A stretch of DNA of 64,000 nt, from assembly GCA_043826785.1 (NCBI GenBank), contig JBDRPT010000038.1:1-64000 (forward strand), read 5' to 3'. The notes beneath the pieces were generated by a model. It had not been told where the DNA came from. It ran no database searches and worked only from the letters and a program-made list of their open reading frames with translations. The translations under genes were made by a program, and so were the position numbers. This DNA comes from Chloroflexota bacterium. GTDB lineage: Bacteria; Chloroflexota; Anaerolineae; Anaerolineales; Villigracilaceae. Shown piece by piece: positions 1 to 10,210 of this stretch (within the stretch, counting starts at the first letter, position 1; every line of letters begins with the position of its first letter).

Positions 1-162
1 TATCTGGCGAATCTCAACGAAGGTTGCGTTCTTCTGACCTCAATTCGGCCAGTTGATTTATAATTAACATACCAGTCCTTCTTCACCCCGCACTGGCCGC
101 AATCAACCGGAATCGGTGGACGAATTCACCGGAATGCGCAACAAAAACTCATCCCCTTGCGT

Positions 163-660
163 TTAGACTACGCTGAGAATGAGTTGCTTCTGCTCCACGC
201 TATCACCGGCTTTCACGCGAACGCGAGTGACGGTGCCGGCGCGGGGAGATTTAAGTTCGTTCTGCATCTTCATTGACTCAAGGATGAGCAAAACTTGGTT
301 TTTCTCAACCAGTTGTCCATCAGTGACTGCAATGGAGACCACCAATCCTGGCATTGGAGCCTTGAGGTTGTAATCGGAACTCTCTCCGACTGAACCTCCG
401 CCTGCGGCTCGTAGACGCTTCTCGCGTTCGTCCTCAACCTGAACTTGATATTGTCGGCCCACCATTTGCACCTGTAGACCGTCATCTTCGGGGTATACAA
501 CTGCCTCATAGGATTTCCCGTCTACCAAGAGTGAGTAAACAGGTTCGCCGCTGATAGAGATAAAATCGATTTCGTGAATCTCATCGTTGATGCGGACCCG
601 GTGGTCATCCACGATTTCGATAGTGAATTCTTGATCGTTGACCGTAGCGCTGTATTTCAT
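163..660 (-). CDS. Biotin carboxyl carrier / biotin-lipoyl attachment domain protein
   Basis: C-terminal biotinyl-domain motif ESMKMQNE (E-A/S-M-K-M) with flanking beta-rich sequence. Start placed at internal Met (MKYS...) so as not to overlap the accC stop at 675; the ORF track runs to 708. Lies directly downstream of biotin carboxylase. Confidence 0.7.
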   Translation of the reverse strand: MKYSATVNDQEFTIEIVDDHRVRINDEIHEIDFISISGEPVYSLLVDGKSYEAVVYPEDDGLQVQMVGRQYQVQVEDEREKRLRAAGGGSVGESSDYNLKAPMPGLVVSIAVTDGQLVEKNQVLLILESMKMQNELKSPRAGTVTRVRVKAGDSVEQKQLILSVV

Positions 661-674
661 AAGTGTCTTTTCTC

Positions 675-2189
675 CTATCCGCGCATCCGTTCCCACCGGC
701 TGAACCACTTCCAGTTACTGGTGTCCCGTTCGTTGCGCTGGACAAACTGGGCGGCGGCTTCCATTTGGCGATGGGTAATCAAAGCTGCGATTGTTGCGGC
801 GATTTTTGGATAATAAAAGCGGTTGTCTTCCATCTCATCCATGGAGAAACGCTCTTCTACAAAGCGTGTATCGAATTGCCCACCCATAAACCTGTGAGAA
901 TCCATCATTCTCTGGTGAAAGGGGATATTGGTACGAACACCAACGATCTTGAATTCCTCCAGGGCTCTTCGCATGCGCAGAATGGCCTGGCCTCGCGTCT
1001 CTCCCCATGTGATCAGCTTGGCTATCAGCGGGTCATAATGCGAAGTGATCTCAAATCCCGGGAAAACACCAGTGTCGACACGCACTCCTGGTCCGGTGGG
1101 GATCAAACTGTCTGTGATGCGTCCTGTGGATGGTAAGAAACCATTGTACGGGTCTTCGGCATTGATTCGACACTCTATCGCAGCCCCGCTTATCTTGATA
1201 TCTTCCTGCGTATAGGAAAGCTGCCGGCCACGCGCGATCCTGAGTTGTTCGGTTACGATATCTACGCCAGATACCATCTCGGTAATTGGATGTTCAACCT
1301 GCAACCGGGTATTCATCTCTAGGAAAAAAAAGTTCTTCTCCTTATCCACAAGAAACTCGATGGTCCCGGCATTGATATACTCAACCGCTTTGGCTGCCTG
1401 AACCGCGACATCGCCCATTTTTGTGCGAAGTACATCGTCATCGCTGATGAAAGGAGATGGCGCCTCTTCAAGAAGCTTCTGGTGGCGACGCTGGAGGGAA
1501 CATTCACGTTCGTTTAGATGGATGACATTTCCGTGTTGATCCGCGAGGATCTGGAATTCAATGTGCCGGGCTCCGCTGACGAGTTTTTCGAGATAAACAT
1601 TTCCGTCCCCGAACGCAGATTCTGCCTCGCGGCGTGCAGAGTGGATCAGTTCCGCCATTTCTTCGATGGAGCTTACTTCTCTCATCCCTTTCCCACCCCC
1701 ACCAGCGGTCGCCTTGATTAGCAATGGAAATCCGATTTTTGGCGCAATGGCCAGGAGTTCTTCGTCGGATAAGGAACCTTCTCCTTCGGTTCCCGGGACG
1801 ACGGGAATTCCTGCTTTTGCTACCGTAGCCCGGGCGATGGCCTTATCACCCATGGCTGCGATTGCGGATGGCTTCGGGCCAATGAATACGAGGCCGGCAT
1901 CGATACAGGCTTCAGCAAAGTCGGCGCGCTCAGCCAGAAATCCATATCCAGGATGGATGGCGTTGGCCTGGCACCTACGGGCAATCTCAATGATCTTATC
2001 GGATTTCAGGTAGGATTCGCGCGATGGCGCTGGTCCAAGAAGATATGCTTCGTCTGCATAGCGGACATGGAGGGCCTGGCGATCTGCTTCTGAGAATACC
2101 GCCACAGTCGAAATCCCGAGTTCACGACATGCGCGCAGGATGCGAACAGCTATTTCACCACGATTTGCGATCAGTACCTTATTAAACAT
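675..2189 (-). CDS. accC: Biotin carboxylase subunit of acetyl/propionyl-CoA carboxylase
   Basis: 504 aa. N-terminus MFNKVLIANRGEIAVRILRACRELGI is the canonical biotin carboxylase start. ATP-grasp and C-terminal biotin carboxylase domain throughout. Confidence 0.9.
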   Translation of the reverse strand: MFNKVLIANRGEIAVRILRACRELGISTVAVFSEADRQALHVRYADEAYLLGPAPSRESYLKSDKIIEIARRCQANAIHPGYGFLAERADFAEACIDAGLVFIGPKPSAIAAMGDKAIARATVAKAGIPVVPGTEGEGSLSDEELLAIAPKIGFPLLIKATAGGGGKGMREVSSIEEMAELIHSARREAESAFGDGNVYLEKLVSGARHIEFQILADQHGNVIHLNERECSLQRRHQKLLEEAPSPFISDDDVLRTKMGDVAVQAAKAVEYINAGTIEFLVDKEKNFFFLEMNTRLQVEHPITEMVSGVDIVTEQLRIARGRQLSYTQEDIKISGAAIECRINAEDPYNGFLPSTGRITDSLIPTGPGVRVDTGVFPGFEITSHYDPLIAKLITWGETRGQAILRMRRALEEFKIVGVRTNIPFHQRMMDSHRFMGGQFDTRFVEERFSMDEMEDNRFYYPKIAATIAALITHRQMEAAAQFVQRNERDTSNWKWFSRWERMRG

Positions 2190-2201
2190 AGCGCTCCCTG
2201 T

Positions 2202-2900
2202 TCATTTGCTCTTCGATAATTGAGGTACCTTCCAAATTGATTTCCGGATTTTTCCATCAAGCTCAGTGTAAATCAATACAAGGCCAACCGTGTTGATGAC
2301 ACCATGAGTCAGGATTGGCAACCAAAGGTTGTAGTCATTCCAGATGAAGATGTTGCAGATTAGCATTCCGACTATTGCCGTGCTTAATGCGCCGCTTTTT
2401 CCTTGATACCAGTGAGCAAGTCCAAAAACAGTCGAACTCAAGAGGAGATTAATCGATGCGCCTAGCCCATATTTCCCGGTGAAGGATCCTAATTCACTCA
2501 TCATATACCCCCGGAAGATGATCTCTTCCAGGAACGAAGCCAGCACCCAAGATGTCAATAACCAGACTATCAGCAATTTTAAATTACCACGCATATTATC
2601 GAAAACAGTCAGATCGTGGGGCTGGTCAGTGACTTTATCGGTCAGCGGTTCGATGATAGCCGTTGACATGAGCGCGATCACTATACCAAGACCAAGGCTC
2701 CAGAAGGCGGTAGCCCCCCAATTTTCCGGTGGTTGAAGGCCAATTGAGGTGATACTTTTACCACGTAAGAAAAGCGAGACGCCGATGATGAGGATCGCGC
2801 TGATGATCCCGATGCCAGGCTGCTTCTTTATTCCAAAGAAGATCACAGCAGCAGCAACGACTACCAAAACCACGAGGGAGATAATTGCATCAGAACCCAT
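2202..2900 (-). CDS. CPBP family intramembrane metalloprotease (CAAX protease/Abi-like)
   Basis: 232 aa polytopic membrane protein with the EExxxR motif (EEIIFRG) and FxxxH motif (FGLAHW) typical of the CPBP family. Confidence 0.6.
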   Translation of the reverse strand: MGSDAIISLVVLVVVAAAVIFFGIKKQPGIGIISAILIIGVSLFLRGKSITSIGLQPPENWGATAFWSLGLGIVIALMSTAIIEPLTDKVTDQPHDLTVFDNMRGNLKLLIVWLLTSWVLASFLEEIIFRGYMMSELGSFTGKYGLGASINLLLSSTVFGLAHWYQGKSGALSTAIVGMLICNIFIWNDYNLWLPILTHGVINTVGLVLIYTELDGKIRKSIWKVPQLSKSK

Positions 2901-2915
2901 TCTCTTATCCTTCTG

Positions 2916-4466
2916 CTATAGGGGTATATTGCCATGCTTTCTGGCAGGATTGCTATCCCGTTTGTTTTGCATCATTTCAAGGGCGTTGATTAACCTGGGA
3001 CGGGTCTCGCGCGGCTCGATGACATCATCGATGTAACCACGTTGAGCAGCAACATACGGATTGGCAAACTTCTCCCGGTACTCTTCAACCAGGCCTGCCT
3101 TTCGGAGAGTGGGGTCTTCCGCCCCATTAAGCTCCTTGCGGAAGATGATGTTTACGGCTCCGTCCGATCCCATGACAGCAATTTCTGCTGTCGGCCATGC
3201 AATATTGAAGTCGCCGCGAATGTGTTTTGATGACATCACGTCATATGCTCCACCGTAGGCCTTGCGGGTGATCACAGTAAGCTTGGGCACGGTCGCTTCA
3301 CAGTAGGCATATAGTAATTTCGCTCCAGACCGGATGATACCTTGATGTTCCTGATTTGTACCGGGGAGGAAACCGGGCACATCCACAAAAGTGAGCAACG
3401 GAATGTTGAACGAGTCGCAAAACCTTACGAACCTGGCTGCCTTTTCGCTGGATTCAATATCCAGGACACCCGCTAAAACGGTTGGCTGATTGGCTACAAT
3501 GCCGATGGAATGTCCTCCGAGGTGAGAAAAGCCGACAACCATATTTTGCGCATAGCTTTCATGGATCTCGAAGAATAGACCATTATCAACGACGTGGCGG
3601 ATGATTTCCTTGATATCGTAAGGTTTACCCGGATCCTCGGGGATGATTGTATCGAGCGCATCATCCATGCGGAGGGGGTCGTCGTTGACAACTAAGCTGG
3701 GAGGATCTTCCATGTTGTTCTGCGGAAGATACGCCAGAAGCTTGCGGACGAGATAAAGCGAATCCGCCTCGCTATCCGTGACTACATGACAAACCCCTGA
3801 TTTCTCTGCGTGAACATCTGCGCCCCCCAGTTCTTCAAAAGTGACATCTTCTTGGGTTACGGTTTTTACAACATCAGGCCCAGTGATGAACATGTATGAG
3901 GTATTCCTGATCATGAAGATGAAATCAGTCAGTGCTGGAGAGTAAACTGCACCACCCGCACACGGTCCCATGATGACCGAAATTTGTGGAATGACCCCTG
4001 ACGCCAGGGTGTTGCGTAAAAAGATATCTGCATAGCCGCCTAATGAGACAACACCTTCTTGGATACGAGCCCCGCCCGAATCGTTCAATCCAATTACAGG
4101 GGCGCCATTTTTTAAAGCCATATCCATGATCTTGCAGATTTTTTCCGCATGGACCTCCCCAAGGCTGCCGCCGAAAACGGTGAAATCCTGTGAGAAGACA
4201 TATACTAAGCGCCCATCGATCGTTCCCCAGCCTGTGACAACACTATCGCCAGGGTATTTTTGTGTGTCGAGACCAAAATCCGTTGTCCTGTGGACAACAA
4301 AAGCATCCAGTTCACGAAACGACCCTCGGTCCAAAAGTAGGTCGATCCGTTCCCTGGCGGTCAGCTTACCCCGCTTGTGTTGTGCCTCGATTCTCTCAAC
4401 GCCACCCCCAACCCTGGATTGGGTCTTACGATCACGAAGCTGTTGGATTTTCGGTTGTTTGCTCAT
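2916..4466 (-). CDS. Acyl-CoA carboxylase carboxyltransferase subunit (propionyl-CoA carboxylase beta / methylmalonyl-CoA carboxyltransferase family)
   Basis: About 516 aa from the internal Met [11 protein letters not shown]. Carboxyltransferase N and C halves ([15 protein letters not shown]-like motifs). The ORF track extends to 4520. Confidence 0.88.
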   Translation of the reverse strand: MSKQPKIQQLRDRKTQSRVGGGVERIEAQHKRGKLTARERIDLLLDRGSFRELDAFVVHRTTDFGLDTQKYPGDSVVTGWGTIDGRLVYVFSQDFTVFGGSLGEVHAEKICKIMDMALKNGAPVIGLNDSGGARIQEGVVSLGGYADIFLRNTLASGVIPQISVIMGPCAGGAVYSPALTDFIFMIRNTSYMFITGPDVVKTVTQEDVTFEELGGADVHAEKSGVCHVVTDSEADSLYLVRKLLAYLPQNNMEDPPSLVVNDDPLRMDDALDTIIPEDPGKPYDIKEIIRHVVDNGLFFEIHESYAQNMVVGFSHLGGHSIGIVANQPTVLAGVLDIESSEKAARFVRFCDSFNIPLLTFVDVPGFLPGTNQEHQGIIRSGAKLLYAYCEATVPKLTVITRKAYGGAYDVMSSKHIRGDFNIAWPTAEIAVMGSDGAVNIIFRKELNGAEDPTLRKAGLVEEYREKFANPYVAAQRGYIDDVIEPRETRPRLINALEMMQNKRDSNPARKHGNIPL

Positions 4467-4872
4467 GAGCCTCACTCTGGAAATATCTAAGACTATTCCT
4501 AGAAAATAGTAGTATGACAAGTACGATAAGTAACAAGAGAGTAATCACTAGGGCAAAGGCCCAATGGCCCGCTTGTATTTGGACAAATAACCTATCAATC
4601 CAATACCATGAAGCATAAATGATAATCATGGCTAGGCAGACATGCCAGGCCCATTTCTTACCGAACCATATACCAGGAAAAGAAGCCAGGCCGGACAAAC
4701 TCCAGATGGCACCTGTACTGACAAGATAATAAGGCCAGGGAGGATCCAGGTATGTCGTCAGTAAATCCCAATTAGCCAGTGATGCTCCGAGACGGAGGAT
4801 ATTCCAAGCTGAGAAGCATAACACAACACTAGCCAGAATAGTTACGCTTAGAGGTCTTCGTTTCAATACCAC
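4432..4872 (-). CDS. Hypothetical small membrane protein
   Basis: 146 aa ORF with four hydrophobic helices. It overlaps the start region of the carboxyltransferase gene, so the true start or the gene's existence is uncertain. Confidence 0.35.
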   Translation of the reverse strand: MVLKRRPLSVTILASVVLCFSAWNILRLGASLANWDLLTTYLDPPWPYYLVSTGAIWSLSGLASFPGIWFGKKWAWHVCLAMIIIYASWYWIDRLFVQIQAGHWAFALVITLLLLIVLVILLFSRNSLRYFQSEAHEQTTENPTAS

Positions 4873-4987
4873 TCCCGATCCCCAAATCTCGAATATGGAA
4901 GTTCCCGTACAAAAATTAAGTTCTACTAGGCTAGGGACGAGGAATCAAAAACAAACCGGTAATATTGTGGAGCGATCCCGTTGCTGG

Positions 4988-6019
4988 TCATGATATATCA
5001 AGTGTTATTTTCCCCAATTGTTGGCCTTTTTCAAGGCGTAAATGGGCTGCGCGAACATCTGCGAGGGGAAAGCTTCGATCAACCGCGACCATCAATTTTC
5101 CTCGGGTGACCAACTCCATCACACTAATAAAGTCTTGTCGGGTCCCCATTGTTGATCCGATGATGGTTAAATGTTTACCAAAGATATAGCGATTGTCGAT
5201 CTCGAATTTTGGTCCTCCGGTATTTCCGACGGTCAGGAGTCTGCCCCCCTTCTTCAGTGCACGGAAAGAAGATGGGAAAGTCGAACCAACATTATCAACT
5301 ACAATATCAACCCCCTTACGATCAGTCGCCCTGGCCACTTCCTTTACCCAATCGGGAGAAGCCAAACGGTCGATAACAATATCCGCACCGAGACATCTAG
5401 CAAACTCGGTTTTTTCTTTACCAGCTCCGATTGCGATAACCGTCGCGTTGAAATACTTAGCAATCTGGATGCTGGCGGTGTTTACCCCACCCGAGGAGCC
5501 TATGATTAAAACTGTTTCACCATACCTGATTTGGCCTCGCTCGACTAACGAATGCCATGCAGTTTGATAGACCAACCCTGCAGCTGCTGCCCGGTGATAT
5601 TCGAAATCCTCGGGAATTCGGAATAGTTGACGCGAATGAACCTTGATGTACTCTGCATATGTACCACGAACCGTTTCGCCCACAAGATTCCACTCGTGGC
5701 ATAGATTATCCATCCCGGCAAGGCAATTATCGCATTTACCGCATCCGAGGTTCGCGTTGATCACTACGCGATCACCCATGGACCAGTCGGTGACATCCTG
5801 CCCGATAGCAGTGATATCTCCGGCTCCATCCGCACCGGGGATATGGGGATATTCGAGTTTTATCCCAGGCCAGCCGTTCCGCACCCAGATATCCAAGCGG
5901 TTCAGGGCTGCCGAGCGGAGGCGAACAATCACCTCTTCCGGACCCGGTACAGGATCGGGAAAGTCCGAATATTCCAGGACGCTGACATCGCCATGTTGTT
6001 TAAATGATACTGCTTTCAT
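4988..6019 (-). CDS. Zinc-binding alcohol dehydrogenase / quinone oxidoreductase (MDR superfamily)
   Basis: 343 aa. N-terminal GroES-like fold MKAVSFKQHGD...EVIVRLRSAALNRLD. GHE-like and Rossmann GxGxxG (IIGSSGGVN) segments. Confidence 0.8.
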   Translation of the reverse strand: MKAVSFKQHGDVSVLEYSDFPDPVPGPEEVIVRLRSAALNRLDIWVRNGWPGIKLEYPHIPGADGAGDITAIGQDVTDWSMGDRVVINANLGCGKCDNCLAGMDNLCHEWNLVGETVRGTYAEYIKVHSRQLFRIPEDFEYHRAAAAGLVYQTAWHSLVERGQIRYGETVLIIGSSGGVNTASIQIAKYFNATVIAIGAGKEKTEFARCLGADIVIDRLASPDWVKEVARATDRKGVDIVVDNVGSTFPSSFRALKKGGRLLTVGNTGGPKFEIDNRYIFGKHLTIIGSTMGTRQDFISVMELVTRGKLMVAVDRSFPLADVRAAHLRLEKGQQLGKITLDIS

Positions 6020-8937
6020 TCATTGACCTCAAATTCCACAGTATTGGATGGCAAGGAAGAATTGCCGAAAGTATCCACAAGAGGCAATGGGCTATCGATC
6101 TCCGCATGGCAACGGTACCTTCCTGGCGGAAGTGGGAGTGTAACCTCGCCATTTGAACTATTGGAAAGGGAAAACCGGAATTCTGGGATGGATTCTTGCG
6201 TAGCGCTTGTCATCGGATTAAATGAGGCATCAGCTGAAAATACCACGCTGTCGATGAAGAGGGACATGAATCGACTAGGATCGCTCTGGTACGGCCGAGA
6301 AAGGATCCAGTTCTGAGTATCAGACCTGATTAGATAGGGGCCAATGCGTTCCCAGATCCAAGTGTTGACTTTCTCGATCGGGATATTCGCAAAGGGGATA
6401 GTTTGGTCGTCCAAAGTGAATAGTGCGGGTTCTGTATCCACAACGCGCTTATAGTAACGGATCCATGTGTAAATGATCCGGTCGGTGGGAAAAGACGTCG
6501 GATAATTCGCATATTGGCTTGGGTAGCTGTCCATGAGAAATCCGGAGCCGTACCATCCGTTCACGAATGCTGTCTCGGTCTTCCAACCCGGGCCCGGGTT
6601 GAATCTCTCGGCCTCCACCCAGGCAAGCTGTTCAAGCTCGCGGTCGCAATAGACCCGCAATTGTGAGCCATATCCATCACTCAAACTCCAGACGAGGGAT
6701 GGATATGGATAGGCCAGGATAGTCTCGATGGACAGGTCCACAGGTAGGCAATTGGTATGATTTCGGGCAGATACGTCCAATGTGTAGCGATCAAAATGCA
6801 CGCCAGCAGTTAATCTCCCGTTTGGGAAACATTCCAGCAGAGTTGCTGCGACGAGGTCTCGTTCCGCTCGTTGGTTTGGCGTCGATTTATCAAGGATAAT
6901 TTCCAGGAACTCCCACTCTGAAAAATCAGACTGGATGGATGCCAGAAAATCATCATAGGGAACATGCTGATACCCTGAGGGAACCCGGTCGGATGGGAGG
7001 TTGCGGTGGAGATACAACTCGATGATCTGATGTTCGTTGTTTAACGGCTCATCAGCATTCGGGATTGTGGGTAACAGAATAAGAGAATCGAGCCCTCCAG
7101 CGACCCCAGCGATCTCTCCGATTTCCCGGCGGATCTGGCGATCTTGGGGGTCGGCTACTTCGTTGAAATAGATATATAGATTTAGCAGCGGGAGCCAGAA
7201 GAAAGCCGCAACAGATAGCGCAGCCACAACCACCTTCCAATGATTTAACATCCGGGATATTTCCATCCAAAAAATATACATGCCGAGCGCAACTAGAGCG
7301 TACACCGCGGGCAGCGCCGGGTAGTAAACACGACCCAGGGGAGAAGAGGTCAGGATCGGGACAGGAAAGATGATGAAAAGCGCCCAGGCAAGATTCCATC
7401 CGGCCACACGGCGCCTGATTGCAAATAACGCAGCGATAAACCCCATCGCCAGCCAAGGTAGGAGGGCGGCATTCAGAAGTGGACCATTGCGATTGTAAAT
7501 AAAATCCGGGCTTGCCGAGTAAAACCACGAGCTTATCACGTTCGAAAAATTATCCGCAAAGGTAGCCCACAAATTCACCGACCAACCCTTATTGGCGATA
7601 TCATAGTATCCAAACCGGGAAACCGCGTAAGGTATCACTAGGGGTAAAGCCAGCAATACAGGGAAAATCAGGGCAGCAAGATGGATGGTTTTTTTTCTAA
7701 ATTCAAGTTCGCGTGAAAATATTTCAACACATGCAAGGAGGAGCATAATCAGCAGTAGCGGCCAGACTGTATCATACGTCAGAACGCCGAATGCCAAGGC
7801 CATCCCTGCCAGCAAATATACCTGCCACCTGGGCGCACGGATCGCCACGGCAAGGAGGGCGAGAGTAAGGATCGGCCAGAATTTCACATGGCTTTCTACA
7901 TTTGCCAGCCGGCTGGCGCTAATGTCAAAGATCGAGCAAGCAAGCAGGAAGGCAGCAATACCCGCCAGAGGTGTAGGCGCAATCTGGCGGATAAGCCAGT
8001 AAAATATTAGTGTTCCTGCAATGCTGAACAGGATGACTTCAAGACGGGCGGCAAAAATGCTCGCACCCAAAATGCGATGGAAAATTGCCTGCATGTAGAA
8101 GCTGACCGGGAGCGCATCGCGGTGATATTCCCCCGAAGTATCTATGTGCCCATCCAGCATCACATTCACAGCCTCGGACGTCCATTTCGCCTCGTCGCCT
8201 TCAATGCCATAAGGGACGGCTGGGAATGCATATAGACGAGTATATGCGGTCAGGGCAAGCAAGCCAACTAGGAATAAGATCTCTAACCTGCGCGGGACGG
8301 CCACGGCCTTTCCCAGGTCAGAATGGATGCGTCGACGTGCCCTAATTACCCAGAACAGGAAACCGGCGATTGCGATGCCATATGCGATCAATGCATTTGA
8401 TGATTCCCTGGCTCCAAGCATCCATTGACCGAGACTTGCGAGTGTCAGGGAAATGAGGAGCAATCCAGTATCGACAGCCTGTCTGGAGCGTTTGACTACG
8501 GCCCAGGTCAAAGTTGCCAGGCTGATCAGGCTGCAAAGGAGGGTGGACCAAATCCAAAAGAGATCATAAAATACATCCAGGGAATTTCGTAGCCAGCGCA
8601 ACCCATAAAATGGACGGCCGGGTAGACCTGGCAAGGTGGAAATTTCCCCGGTGAGGCGCGGAGGTGCGAGCAGAACGACACCGATAAGAAGGGCAGCGAT
8701 CACGGTAATCAATGCCAGGGTCCACGGTTGGGAGCGGATTACATGATGAAACCATGTTTTTATGGTCAGGATTGATGTTGCTGGGGCTTTTCTTGGGAGG
8801 GAATCTACTTCCAGGCGCTCAGGGCTCTCCCATTTCTTCCAGATGGCAATACCCTGGATCAGCCAGGCAATTGCCATAAGGATGAATGGAGTAATGAAAG
8901 CCACCACGCCAAGCACAGACATGTTTAGCACAGACAT
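6016..8937 (-). CDS. Large GT-C membrane glycosyltransferase (GT39/PMT_2/ArnT-like) with C-terminal extracytoplasmic domain
   Basis: 973 aa. More than 12 TM helices, a conserved DE-containing first loop (YGIEGDEAKW), then about 370 aa of soluble beta-rich C-terminus. The 5' end contains a 15-bp tandem duplication (MSVLN-MSVLG), so the true start may be at 8922. Confidence 0.6.
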   Translation of the reverse strand: MSVLNMSVLGVVAFITPFILMAIAWLIQGIAIWKKWESPERLEVDSLPRKAPATSILTIKTWFHHVIRSQPWTLALITVIAALLIGVVLLAPPRLTGEISTLPGLPGRPFYGLRWLRNSLDVFYDLFWIWSTLLCSLISLATLTWAVVKRSRQAVDTGLLLISLTLASLGQWMLGARESSNALIAYGIAIAGFLFWVIRARRRIHSDLGKAVAVPRRLEILFLVGLLALTAYTRLYAFPAVPYGIEGDEAKWTSEAVNVMLDGHIDTSGEYHRDALPVSFYMQAIFHRILGASIFAARLEVILFSIAGTLIFYWLIRQIAPTPLAGIAAFLLACSIFDISASRLANVESHVKFWPILTLALLAVAIRAPRWQVYLLAGMALAFGVLTYDTVWPLLLIMLLLACVEIFSRELEFRKKTIHLAALIFPVLLALPLVIPYAVSRFGYYDIANKGWSVNLWATFADNFSNVISSWFYSASPDFIYNRNGPLLNAALLPWLAMGFIAALFAIRRRVAGWNLAWALFIIFPVPILTSSPLGRVYYPALPAVYALVALGMYIFWMEISRMLNHWKVVVAALSVAAFFWLPLLNLYIYFNEVADPQDRQIRREIGEIAGVAGGLDSLILLPTIPNADEPLNNEHQIIELYLHRNLPSDRVPSGYQHVPYDDFLASIQSDFSEWEFLEIILDKSTPNQRAERDLVAATLLECFPNGRLTAGVHFDRYTLDVSARNHTNCLPVDLSIETILAYPYPSLVWSLSDGYGSQLRVYCDRELEQLAWVEAERFNPGPGWKTETAFVNGWYGSGFLMDSYPSQYANYPTSFPTDRIIYTWIRYYKRVVDTEPALFTLDDQTIPFANIPIEKVNTWIWERIGPYLIRSDTQNWILSRPYQSDPSRFMSLFIDSVVFSADASFNPMTSATQESIPEFRFSLSNSSNGEVTLPLPPGRYRCHAEIDSPLPLVDTFGNSSLPSNTVEFEVNE

Positions 8938-8939
8938 GT

Positions 8940-10103
8940 TTACAGACCCAGTTCGTTGCGACTGATCACCAAGCGCTGTATCTCGCTTGTCCCTTCGTAA
9001 ATCTCGGTTATTTTCGCGTCTCGGAAATAACGTTCGACCGGGAGTTCTTTGCTGTACCCCATCCCGGCGTGAATTTGAACTGCAGCATGGGTGACGAACA
9101 TTGATGTCTCGGAAGAGAATAATTTCGCCATGGCCGCGTCAAGCGTGTAGCGTTCTTTTGTTGACTTGGAGCGTTCCTTGGCAAGTGCAGCATTGTAGGT
9201 GAGAAGCCGTGCTGCCTCGATCCGGGTTTTCATGTCCGCCAGTTTGAACCCAACACCCTGAAATTCTCCGATCTTCTGCCCAAAGGCTTCCCTTTCGCGA
9301 GCATACAAAATGGATGCCTCGTATGCCGCTTCGGAAATCCCCAGCGCCTGAGCAGCGATCCCGACCCTGCCAGCGTCGAGCACAGTCATGGCGATCTTGA
9401 ACCCTTCGCCTTCATTCCCGATCCGGTTAGCTGCTGGGACGACACAATTTTCAAAGAGGAGTTCGCTGGTTGACGAGGCGCGGATCCCCAGCTTGGGCTC
9501 TTTTTTGCCTTTTGTGAATCCCGGCCGGTCTGCCTCAACGACAAATGCGGTGATCCCCTTGTGTTTTTTCTGGGGATCGGTCATCATGAAAACAACAACG
9601 TACTCAGCCACAGGTCCGCTGGTGACCCAGGATTTCAGGCCATTAAGGATATAGTTGTCGCCATCCCTGACTGCCCGGGCGCGCATTGTCCCGGCATCAG
9701 AACCAGACATCGGTTCGGTCAGAGAGTATGCGCCGATGCTCTTCCCCGATGCAACGGGCGTAATGAACTTGTGCTTCTGTTCTTCGGTTCCAAATCGCAA
9801 CAGGCCATAGCAATAGAGGGAATTATTGACCGACATAACCACCCCGTGAGAAGCATCCGCTTTGCTGACTTCTTCCAGGGCAAGGACATAGGCTAAGGTA
9901 TCCATCCCGGCACCGCCATACTCCTCCGGTACCTCGATCCCCATGAAACCCATCTCTCCCATTTTCCGGACAGTCTCGAAAGGAAACTCTCCGCTCTCAT
10001 CGAATTCCGCTGCAACAGGCGCGATCTCCTTCTGGGAAAAATCACGGGCTGTATCACGGATCATGGCATGTTCATCGGTAAAGGGGAATAAGTAGTTGCT
10101 CAT
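8940..10103 (-). CDS. Acyl-CoA dehydrogenase (short/medium-chain type)
   Basis: 387 aa. ACAD N, middle and C domains. Typical N-terminus FxxTEEHxMIRDTARDFxxKEIAP and C-terminal EIYEGTSEIQRLVI. Confidence 0.9.
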   Translation of the reverse strand: MSNYLFPFTDEHAMIRDTARDFSQKEIAPVAAEFDESGEFPFETVRKMGEMGFMGIEVPEEYGGAGMDTLAYVLALEEVSKADASHGVVMSVNNSLYCYGLLRFGTEEQKHKFITPVASGKSIGAYSLTEPMSGSDAGTMRARAVRDGDNYILNGLKSWVTSGPVAEYVVVFMMTDPQKKHKGITAFVVEADRPGFTKGKKEPKLGIRASSTSELLFENCVVPAANRIGNEGEGFKIAMTVLDAGRVGIAAQALGISEAAYEASILYAREREAFGQKIGEFQGVGFKLADMKTRIEAARLLTYNAALAKERSKSTKERYTLDAAMAKLFSSETSMFVTHAAVQIHAGMGYSKELPVERYFRDAKITEIYEGTSEIQRLVISRNELGL

Positions 10104-10210
10104 TGCTCCTCCGGCTAGGATGAAATTTATTTGGCCATTATAGCATGGCAGATGCAGTGTGTTTTGATTATGGTTTGGGTGGAGTGGATTTGAAATCGGA
10201 GGTCCTACGC

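Noticed and set aside
1-63. Plus-strand open frame running from the window edge to a TAA at 61-63 (..YLANLNEGCVLLTSIRPVDL)
   Set aside because: Only 20 codons are visible and no recognisable motif. Cannot distinguish a real gene 3' end from noise.
163-708. Full-length 181-aa ORF for the BCCP-like gene overlapping accC by 34 nt
   Set aside because: An internal Met (MKYS) gives a non-overlapping start at 660. The longer form may exist, but the overlap is unnecessary.
663-2013. Plus-strand ORFs (663-1136, 1518-1721, 1666-2013) lying inside accC
   Set aside because: They are antisense shadow ORFs inside a highly conserved minus-strand biotin carboxylase gene. No recognisable motifs. Typical of GC-rich coding DNA.
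4467-4520. Upstream extension of the carboxyltransferase gene ([12 protein letters not shown]...)
   Set aside because: The extension is hydrophobic and non-conserved. [11 protein letters not shown] resembles typical carboxyltransferase N-termini.
8762-8965. Plus-strand ORF with STDMFSTDMF repeat
   Set aside because: Shadow of the 15-bp tandem duplication on the opposite strand of the glycosyltransferase gene start.
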